Origin: Crocinitomicaceae bacterium
GTDB lineage: Bacteria; Bacteroidota; Bacteroidia; Flavobacteriales_D; Crocinitomicaceae
Length of the DNA stretch: 64,000 nt
Direction: 5' to 3'
Assembly: GCA_044361535.1 (NCBI GenBank)
Contig: JBIKIQ010000004.1
Span: 49,705-113,704 of the forward strand
Made by a program: the position numbers and the translations under genes. Numbering within the stretch: the stretch's first letter is position 1; every line of letters starts with the position of its first letter. This document shows, piece after piece, positions 48,812-58,372 of this stretch. The notes under the pieces were generated by a model. That model did no database searches and was not told the DNA's origin. It was given only the letters and a program-made list of their open reading frames with translations.

Positions 48812-51391
48812 ATGATTCGTAGCATTTACTTGGCGGTTTCACTTCTTTTGTCTGCCCAATTGACAGCACAAGTAGTAGACAATTTCTCAGATGGGGACTT
48901 TACCAACAATCCAACCTGGTCCGGAACAACCGCAGATTTTATTGTTAATTCTTCACAGCAGTTACAATTGAACAATACGGTTGCTGCAACATCTTATCTA
49001 TCAACATCTCATAACCTTTCAGATATAAATAATAAAGAATGGCGGATTTGGGTAAAACAAAGTTTCTCTCCTTCTTCAAGTAATTACGGAAGAATTTACC
49101 TTACGGCGGATAATGCTGATTTAACCTTAGCTCAAAATGGATACTATCTTCAATTTGGAGAAGCCAATGCATTTGATGCTATTCGCTTGTTCAAACTTGA
49201 TGGAGGAATTGCCAATCAATTGTGCGCCGGAATTGATGGTCAAATTGCTAATAGTTTTAATGTAACTATTAAGGTTAAACGCGATGCGGTTGGCAATTGG
49301 AGCTTGTTTGCAGATTTATCAGGTGGACAAAATTTTATCTTACAAGGAACAGCTTCTGATCCAAGTTCATTGTTAGGAACCCATTTCGGAATTATAAATG
49401 TCTACACTTCAAGCAATGCCAATAAATTCTTTTATGATGACATCTATATTGGAAATGAAATAATTGATAACCAACCGCCAATTTTAAATTCGGCTACCGC
49501 TATTTCATCTACGCAAGTAGACGCCTATTTCAATGAGTCTTTAACTCAAACTAGTGCACAGAATGTTTTAAATTATTCCTTGAATCCAACTATTTCAATT
49601 TCCTCCGCTACAATCGATCCTCTAAATACATCATTAGTTCATTTGACAACCTCTAATTTCTTAACAAATGGATCTACCTACATGTTAAATTCTATTAACA
49701 TCGCTGATATATCAAATAATGTATCGGGAAATCAAAGTACAACTTTTCAATATTTAGTAGCCGATTCAGTATTACCTGGAGATGTAATTATCAATGAATT
49801 TTTTCCTGATCCAACTCCGGTAATTGGTCTCCCAGAAGTTGAGTTTGTTGAAGTTTACAATAAAAGCAACAAGATTTTTAACCTAAATGGATGGAAAATT
49901 GGTGACGCATCCTCTGATGGAACAATTTCTGATTCTTGGTTACTTCCCGGAGAATATAAGGTACTAACTGCTACAGCGAATATTCCTCTTTATACTTCAA
50001 CAACTGCCGTTGGTGTTACAAGTTTTCCAAGTTTAAATAATGCCGGAGATGATGTTGTTTTAAAAGATAATTATGGTCAAATAATCGATAAACTTACGTA
50101 TACAGATGACTGGTATCGAGATGACATAAAACAAGATGGGGGGTATTCATTAGAATTGATAAATCCCAACGACCCCTGTTCAGATGGCGACAATTGGATA
50201 GCATCTAATTGGATTTTAGGTGGAACACCCGGAAGCTCGAACTCCGTCTTTAATGCAACTCCGGATACTATCTCGCCAAACATAACACTTGCATTAGCAT
50301 TAGCGCCCAATTTTTTAGAATTGCAATTTAATGAAGGCATGGATTCCAGCTCACTTGCTAACGCACTACTTTCTTTCAATCCAAATCTAACTATTCAAAA
50401 TAAGTTCATTCAAGGAAGTTATCCAAACATAATGACTATTCAATTCAATGAAAATCTAATGGGATCTCAATTGTATTCTTTTTCATTAAACGCTATTGCC
50501 GATTGTTGGTTAAATAGTGTGGCACTCAATGGAACTTTTGTTTTAACTGAAACTGCACAAAAAGGAGATGTAGTAATTAATGAGATACTTCAAAACCCTT
50601 TAACCGGTGGTCAGGACTGGGTAGAATTATACAATAATTCGAATAAAGTACTCAACTTAAAAGATTGGCAATTTGCAAACTATGACAATGATACGATTGA
50701 TAATTTCAAGATAATTCCATCTAATTATTTGCTGCAACCCAATGAATACGTGGTTTTGGGCAAAGACTCAACTTTTGTAAAACAAAATTATCCGTTTTCA
50801 ATTCCAGGTAAGTTTTTATACAGTGAATTACCAAGCTACAATAACGATTCCGGAACAGTATATCTAATCTATAATTCTGAAATCATTGATAAAGTTTCGT
50901 ATTTCGATGCTTGGCATTTTGACTTATTGGATAATACAGATGGGGTTTCCTTAGAACGAATTGATCCAAATGGGGATTCAGATAGCGAATTTAATTGGCA
51001 TTCTGCAGCAGAGGACATTGGATTTGCGACACCTGGAAAAATAAATTCCCAATATCGACCAGCAATTTCAAATGGTGAAGTCACTTTTAACGATGATATT
51101 TTCTCACCTGATAACGATGGCTATCAAGATATACTGCAGATCACATATAATTTAACGAGTCCAGGATTACTTGGTAAGGCCCAAATTTATGACGACAGAG
51201 GGCGTTTGGTTCGAACTATTTTCTCGAATGAATTATTAGGCACTTCAGGTACATTTTCTTGGGATGGCACTACCGATCAACAAGTTAAGGCGAGTATCGG
51301 AGTTTACGCCTTAGTTTTTGAAGTGTTTTCAACAGATGGAGGTGTATTTTTTGTAAAACAAAAAGCATTAACCCTTGCAGGTAAACTGTAA
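48812..51391 (+). CDS. Secreted protein with two lamin-tail-like (LTD) domains and a C-terminal FlgD-Ig-like domain
   Basis: Signal peptide. 'VIINEFFPDPTP...EFVEVYNKSNKIFNLNGWKIGD' and 'VVINEILQNP...DWVELYNNSNKVLNLKDWQFAN' fit the LTD pattern. C-terminal 'FSPDNDGYQDIL...GTFSWDGT'. Confidence 0.7.
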   Translation: MIRSIYLAVSLLLSAQLTAQVVDNFSDGDFTNNPTWSGTTADFIVNSSQQLQLNNTVAATSYLSTSHNLSDINNKEWRIWVKQSFSPSSSNYGRIYLTADNADLTLAQNGYYLQFGEANAFDAIRLFKLDGGIANQLCAGIDGQIANSFNVTIKVKRDAVGNWSLFADLSGGQNFILQGTASDPSSLLGTHFGIINVYTSSNANKFFYDDIYIGNEIIDNQPPILNSATAISSTQVDAYFNESLTQTSAQNVLNYSLNPTISISSATIDPLNTSLVHLTTSNFLTNGSTYMLNSINIADISNNVSGNQSTTFQYLVADSVLPGDVIINEFFPDPTPVIGLPEVEFVEVYNKSNKIFNLNGWKIGDASSDGTISDSWLLPGEYKVLTATANIPLYTSTTAVGVTSFPSLNNAGDDVVLKDNYGQIIDKLTYTDDWYRDDIKQDGGYSLELINPNDPCSDGDNWIASNWILGGTPGSSNSVFNATPDTISPNITLALALAPNFLELQFNEGMDSSSLANALLSFNPNLTIQNKFIQGSYPNIMTIQFNENLMGSQLYSFSLNAIADCWLNSVALNGTFVLTETAQKGDVVINEILQNPLTGGQDWVELYNNSNKVLNLKDWQFANYDNDTIDNFKIIPSNYLLQPNEYVVLGKDSTFVKQNYPFSIPGKFLYSELPSYNNDSGTVYLIYNSEIIDKVSYFDAWHFDLLDNTDGVSLERIDPNGDSDSEFNWHSAAEDIGFATPGKINSQYRPAISNGEVTFNDDIFSPDNDGYQDILQITYNLTSPGLLGKAQIYDDRGRLVRTIFSNELLGTSGTFSWDGTTDQQVKASIGVYALVFEVFSTDGGVFFVKQKALTLAGKL

Positions 51392-51396
51392 TTTTG
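51389..51396 (+). promoter_or_regulatory. Putative internal -7 promoter box for the small OMP gene
   Basis: 'taattttg' overlaps the stop codon of the upstream gene and lies 15 nt before the ATG at 51412. Confidence 0.3.
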
Positions 51397-51411
51397 AGTA
51401 AAAATTAATGT

Positions 51412-51852
51412 ATGAAAAAGATTCTATTTTTAGCTGCCTTCTCCATTTCAACATTCACATTTTCTCAATCCTACAAAACAGCAATTGGATTAAAGGGTGG
51501 TTATCCATCACTTGGTGGAATTAATATTAAGAAAATACTATCCAGTAGCACAGCTGCTGAATTCTCCATTGGAGGATATGATGGTGGACTAACCATTTCC
51601 GGTTTGTTCGAGATTCAAAAACCGCTTCCTGAACTAAATGGCTTATACTGGTATTTAGGTGTTGGACCAACCGTGGGGTTTGTTAATGAAACACTTTTAC
51701 TAACCGCAAATGGCGTTTTAGGTATTGAATATACATTTCAAGATTTACCTATAAATATAGCATTAGATACTGGTCCTGTAATTCAATTAATTGGAAATAG
51801 AAATTTATTTTCTTGGGGCGGTGGAATAGCCGTTCGATACACCCTAAAATAA
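51412..51852 (+). CDS. Small outer-membrane beta-barrel protein
   Basis: Signal peptide 'FSISTFTFSQ', 146 aa, alternating Gly/aromatic beta-strand pattern. Confidence 0.55.
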   Translation: MKKILFLAAFSISTFTFSQSYKTAIGLKGGYPSLGGINIKKILSSSTAAEFSIGGYDGGLTISGLFEIQKPLPELNGLYWYLGVGPTVGFVNETLLLTANGVLGIEYTFQDLPINIALDTGPVIQLIGNRNLFSWGGGIAVRYTLK

Positions 51853-51856
51853 TTAC

Positions 51857-53080
51857 GTGTATTATCCTGGAGCTTCAGGTTGGATTGAAAAATACTTTGA
51901 CTTAGTTGAAAAAGATCAAATTCAATTAGTCAATGCTAACGATTCAACATTAATTGAACTTTCACGAAATTCAGGATTGCTCTATGGTGTTGCAGTTGAA
52001 ACCATTTTTATTTCTGATGCATTACAAGTTAATTGGACATCGAAGGATAAATTAAAAAATTTATTTTTTGAAGCTTTAGTATGGACTCATTGGAAAAATT
52101 CAAATTATACATTTGAAAAAGAGGCATTTATAAATGATTTAGCTAAATTTTATTCGTCCAATAAACCAAGTAATTCCTTTGATTTTTTATCCTTTTTTAA
52201 AAAGGAATCAGTAATTTCCTCCATTGAGTCTGCCATTGAGGAACGATTGGAATTAGATAAGCGTATTCTGGAAACTCGAATTTGGTTAAATACGCTAAAC
52301 AATGCTTTTGTCTTTCTTGATGTCCTAGTATTTCAAGAGTTTTTAAAAACGGGAAAAAATCGACCAGTATATGTTTTGTCTGAAGTAGTTCTCAATTGCT
52401 TTATAGCAACTGCTCATTCAGATAAAGACATAACTGAAATAGAAGTTAAATTGTTTAGTTTTTTTCTTGCTAGCGCACGATTGGAAAAAGAGAAAGAAAT
52501 TGAATTGGAAAATAATTTTCAGGAGGCAAACTACAAGCCTAATTTGGATGAAATTAGTTCTGAATCGGATGAATTCAAGAATTATTTAGTGTATTTTACA
52601 GCCTTTATAATTACATGTAAAACTGAGATTAGCAGTGAAGAAAAATCGTACCTCATTACTTTTTGTGAATCTTTACATATTTCAACTGAATTAGCTGAAA
52701 TCGCCTTGGCATTTAATACTGCCTTTGTCTTAGAAAATTCTAAATTGATCCCTTACCTAGGAACGTCAACGGAAATTCTATTTTCAAATTTATCAAAACG
52801 TTGGGGTAAAATTCTATTGAGAAACAAAGACAAGCTTATTCTCGAGATTCAGCAGAGTAAAGAGTTAATGTTTTTACTTGCAAAGTCCACGCAAAAGGAT
52901 TTAACAAAAGAAGAAAAAGAACTAGTGAAAAATCAGCTAATGGACATCATGCGATCAATGCCTTCACTGGCTATTTTTTTAATCCCGGGAGGAACATTAT
53001 TACTACCCATATTTTTAAAAATAATACCTGGGTTGATGCCCTCTGCTTTTCGCGACAATGAGTTGACAAAAAACGATTAA
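51857..53080 (+). CDS. Hypothetical protein with a LETM1-like C-terminal segment
   Basis: C-terminal 'LTKEEKELVKNQLMDIMRSMPSLAIFLIPGGTLLLPIFLKIIPGLMPSAFRD' resembles the LETM1-type hairpin segment of Flavobacteriia 'LETM1-related' proteins (recollection, unverified). The only usable start is the GTG at 51857, since there is no in-frame ATG for >300 codons. Confidence 0.45.
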   Translation: MYYPGASGWIEKYFDLVEKDQIQLVNANDSTLIELSRNSGLLYGVAVETIFISDALQVNWTSKDKLKNLFFEALVWTHWKNSNYTFEKEAFINDLAKFYSSNKPSNSFDFLSFFKKESVISSIESAIEERLELDKRILETRIWLNTLNNAFVFLDVLVFQEFLKTGKNRPVYVLSEVVLNCFIATAHSDKDITEIEVKLFSFFLASARLEKEKEIELENNFQEANYKPNLDEISSESDEFKNYLVYFTAFIITCKTEISSEEKSYLITFCESLHISTELAEIALAFNTAFVLENSKLIPYLGTSTEILFSNLSKRWGKILLRNKDKLILEIQQSKELMFLLAKSTQKDLTKEEKELVKNQLMDIMRSMPSLAIFLIPGGTLLLPIFLKIIPGLMPSAFRDNELTKND

Positions 53081-53132
53081 AAGGTTGAAATGTTGTTAAT
53101 AATTAACAGCTAAACAACTAGGTTTTATTTGA

Positions 53133-55151
<2,019 letters not shown>

Positions 55152-55228
55152 ATATTCAGTTGAATAATCGACAACTTAAAAGATATCTATTTGTTAGTTG
55201 AATAAGGTTAAATTAAATTTCAAATAAA

Positions 55229-55825
55229 ATGCAAGTTCCAGTAACGGTTTATACTGAAATGACGCCAAATCCAACAACAATGAAGTTTGTAGCTAACAAA
55301 TATTTGTTGGTTTCAGGTGAATCTGTTGAGTTTAAAAGTGGCACCGATGCCAAAGGATACTCCCCATTAGCGGAAGAATTATTTAAATTCCCTTTTGTTA
55401 AAGGAGTTTTTATTGCTGCAAATTTTGTTACAATAACAAAAACGGACAATGTACCTTGGGATTTTATAACGATGGAATTGAGAGAGTTTGTAAAAAATTG
55501 GATCGCAGAAGCAAAAGATGTACTTATACAAATGCCGCCTGTTGTTCCAGTATCTGAAGCGTCAAATGAAAATCGAAAAGAATTTCAACCACACGAAATA
55601 GATGATGCTATTCGAGATTTATTAGATGAATACGTTCGTCCAGCAGTGGAAAATGATGGCGGCGCTATAGATTACAGAGGATATGATGATGGTATTGTAA
55701 CCGTTGTATTAAAAGGCTCTTGTTCTGGTTGTCCATCTTCAACGGCAACGCTAAAAGGTGGGATTGAAAATTTATTGAAGCAACACTTCGACGAAGTTAA
55801 AGAAGTTGTCGCTGAGAACGGTTAA
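55229..55825 (+). CDS. NifU/Nfu-type Fe-S cluster scaffold protein
   Basis: Nfu_N-like N-terminal half ('TPNPTTMKFVAN') and NifU C-terminal domain with 'LKGSCSGCPSS'. Confidence 0.85.
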   Translation: MQVPVTVYTEMTPNPTTMKFVANKYLLVSGESVEFKSGTDAKGYSPLAEELFKFPFVKGVFIAANFVTITKTDNVPWDFITMELREFVKNWIAEAKDVLIQMPPVVPVSEASNENRKEFQPHEIDDAIRDLLDEYVRPAVENDGGAIDYRGYDDGIVTVVLKGSCSGCPSSTATLKGGIENLLKQHFDEVKEVVAENG

Positions 55826-55835
55826 TAGTTCAGTT

Positions 55836-57518
55836 ATGATAAGAAGCATTACCTATTTGTTATTCATTTGTTTGGTTGCTTCTTGCTCCTCTAATTCATC
55901 GTCCGATAAGTCACCTGCGCTTGGAGGTAAGTTTTACGGAGGCACCTTCCGTTTTATGTCCTTAGAAAAGGTTAATTACTTATTTCCAATGCATTCAATG
56001 GATATTTATTCTCAACGGGTAAATACACAGATATACGAGTCTCTATTTCGAGAAGCCAATACCAATCAATCTGTTGTACCGCATTTAGTTGAGTCATACT
56101 CAAAATCATCCGATGGTTTAGTTTATACCTTTAATTTGAGAAAAGGAATTTTCTTTCATGAAGACCTTTGCTTTGATGGAAAATCAAGAGAATTAACTGC
56201 AAAAGACATAGAATTTGTTCTTAAGTTTGCGTGTACTAAATCTCAACTTAATCATCTCTCTCATTTGCTTGTCTCCAAAATTGTTGGTTCGGATCAGTTT
56301 TATAATCAAACCACCAAGGAGCTTACTGGAGTTAAAATACTCAACAATTACAAATTTTCAATTGCACTAACCAAACCATATTCAAACTTTGAAAAAATAC
56401 TTTCACATTCTGGATTGGGTATTTTCCCTGAAGAAGCATATAAAAAGTACGGGACGACTATTTTAACCCATCCTGTTGGGACTGGTCCTTTTATTCTTTC
56501 CAAGATAGATAATAATGGTATTGTTTTAAATAGAAATAAAAAATATTGGCGAAAAGATAAATATGGCAATGCACTCCCGTTTTTAAACCAAATAGAAATG
56601 AAGTATGGTTTGGATAAAAATAGTGAGTTAAAAGCATTTCAGCAGAACCAAATCGATATAATATTAAATGTTCCAGCAGAAAATGTCACGAACCTCTTTG
56701 GAACCCTCGAAGAGGCACAAAACGGAAAAAACATCAAGCATAAAGTCTTTTCAAGAAAAAGTTCAAGGTTAAATTATCTAGCATTTTCAACTCAAAGTGA
56801 GCCTTTTAATGATGTCTTGGTCAGAAAAGCATTCATAAATGCTGTAGATATAACGCAGGTTACTAATGAAATTTTAATGGGAGAAGGCATTCCTACCTCC
56901 AACGGGATAATACCTGAAATTAATGGGTACGTTTCGGACTCTAGTTATCTCGTAGAATATAATCCTGAAAAAGCAAGATCTCTGCTGGCTCAAGCAGGAT
57001 ATCCATCGGGCAAAGGGTTTCCCCATTTAACGTTGTGGGTAAATACTCTTTCTGGAACTTCAACCAATTTTTGGACAAAAAACATCACTGAACAATTAAA
57101 GAAAAATTTGGGGATTGATATAGATATTAAGTTATGCACTTTTCGTGAAAGACAAGAAGCTATCAAAGATGGAAACGCTATTTTTTGGAAATCAGGATGG
57201 ATTGCTGACTATCCCGATCCCGAAAGTTTTGTTAGTGTTTTTTATCAAAAGCATTCTCAAATTAATCCTTTTTGGGGTAATATTAGTTGTCTAACAAAAG
57301 ATTTTGATAGAGCCTACGAAGCTTATTTATTAGAAAAAAATGACAAAAAGCGCAATGAATACTTAAATCAATGTAATCAATATATCATGGAAGAGGCAAT
57401 TATCTTACCTGTATATTTTGAAGATTTGTTTGTTGTTTACAACCTAAAAATTAGAGACTTTACCGTAAATTCTATTGAAAATATGGACCTTTCAATGCTC
57501 TATGTCAAAGAGCTTTGA
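55836..57518 (+). CDS. ABC transporter substrate-binding lipoprotein, family 5 (peptide/nickel type)
   Basis: Lipobox 'LVASCSS'. The length (~560 aa) and strings such as 'HPVGTGPF' and 'GWIADYPDPESF' are typical of family-5 SBPs. No cognate permease or ATPase genes are adjacent. Confidence 0.75.
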   Translation: MIRSITYLLFICLVASCSSNSSSDKSPALGGKFYGGTFRFMSLEKVNYLFPMHSMDIYSQRVNTQIYESLFREANTNQSVVPHLVESYSKSSDGLVYTFNLRKGIFFHEDLCFDGKSRELTAKDIEFVLKFACTKSQLNHLSHLLVSKIVGSDQFYNQTTKELTGVKILNNYKFSIALTKPYSNFEKILSHSGLGIFPEEAYKKYGTTILTHPVGTGPFILSKIDNNGIVLNRNKKYWRKDKYGNALPFLNQIEMKYGLDKNSELKAFQQNQIDIILNVPAENVTNLFGTLEEAQNGKNIKHKVFSRKSSRLNYLAFSTQSEPFNDVLVRKAFINAVDITQVTNEILMGEGIPTSNGIIPEINGYVSDSSYLVEYNPEKARSLLAQAGYPSGKGFPHLTLWVNTLSGTSTNFWTKNITEQLKKNLGIDIDIKLCTFRERQEAIKDGNAIFWKSGWIADYPDPESFVSVFYQKHSQINPFWGNISCLTKDFDRAYEAYLLEKNDKKRNEYLNQCNQYIMEEAIILPVYFEDLFVVYNLKIRDFTVNSIENMDLSMLYVKEL

Positions 57519-58104
57519 TTATTTCTTCAATATAGTTTAAGATGCTTTCTCTACCATGTTTCGAGGTGCTTGATGTTGAGAACACCGGAGGAATAGTTTG
57601 CCAGGTTTTTTGAAGTTCCTTTTTGTATTTGGATAAATTTCTTGCAAACTCAGATCCAGAAAGTTTATCGAGTTTTGTAAAGACGATAGAAAACGGTATT
57701 CTCTTTTCACCACACCAATTTATAAATTCTAAGTCTATTTTTTGAGGATCAAGACGAGAATCAATGAGTACAAATAAATTTACTAGATTCTCTCGCTGCA
57801 ACAAGTATTCAACTATGAACTTTTCCCAACTATGAATATCCTTTTTTGATGCTCTCGCGTAGCCGTAGCCTGGTAAATCAACTAAATACCACGATTCATT
57901 GATTAAAAAGTGATTAATTAATCTTGTCTTTCCTGGTGTTCCGGAGGTTTTTGCTAACTTTTTTTGATTAGTTAGCATATTGATAAGTGAAGACTTACCT
58001 ACATTTGATCGACCAATAAATGCAAATTCAGGCCTTCCGTCTTGAGGGCCTTTTTTATGATCTGTTGAAGATATAATAAATTCAGCCTGTTTAATAGTTA
58101 ACAT
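57505..58104 (-). CDS. engB: Ribosome biogenesis GTPase YsxC/EngB
   Basis: G1 'GRSNVGKSSLIN', G3 'DLPGYG', G4 'TKLDK'. Start set to the ATG at 58104 (MLTIKQAEF), 8 nt after a TAnnTTTG box. The 44-codon upstream extension lacks homology-like features. Confidence 0.88.
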   Translation of the reverse strand: MLTIKQAEFIISSTDHKKGPQDGRPEFAFIGRSNVGKSSLINMLTNQKKLAKTSGTPGKTRLINHFLINESWYLVDLPGYGYARASKKDIHSWEKFIVEYLLQRENLVNLFVLIDSRLDPQKIDLEFINWCGEKRIPFSIVFTKLDKLSGSEFARNLSKYKKELQKTWQTIPPVFSTSSTSKHGRESILNYIEEIIKAL

Positions 58105-58112
58105 AGTTGCAA

Positions 58113-58120
58113 CAAATGTA
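58113..58120 (-). promoter_or_regulatory. Putative -7 promoter box for engB
   Basis: The minus strand reads 'tacatttg', 8 nt upstream of the ATG at 58104. Confidence 0.4.
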
Positions 58121-58372
58121 AACAAATATTCTTTGTTACTTGAAAGAGATTTAAAACTAAGTTGCCTATTAATAAATGAAAGGGTATTTTGCTCATTAAA
58201 GGATCGAATAAACAAGCACCTGGTTATTAAACTCAATTAAAATCTATCTTGTTAATAAAAAATAAAAGATGTTACTTAAAATTAATGATTAATTTTATCC
58301 AATATGTAGCTCAAACAAGGCAACTATAGAAACAAAAAAATCGTCTTTGTAAAAACTATTAAATAAAAATAA

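Noticed and set aside
53094-53108. Perfect 15-bp palindrome TGTTAATAATTAACA, ~45 bp upstream of the gyrB -7 box
   Set aside because: It is entirely A/T-rich with 7-bp arms. By rough base-composition reasoning, several such palindromes are expected by chance in 64 kb of this composition. There is no second copy or other supporting feature.
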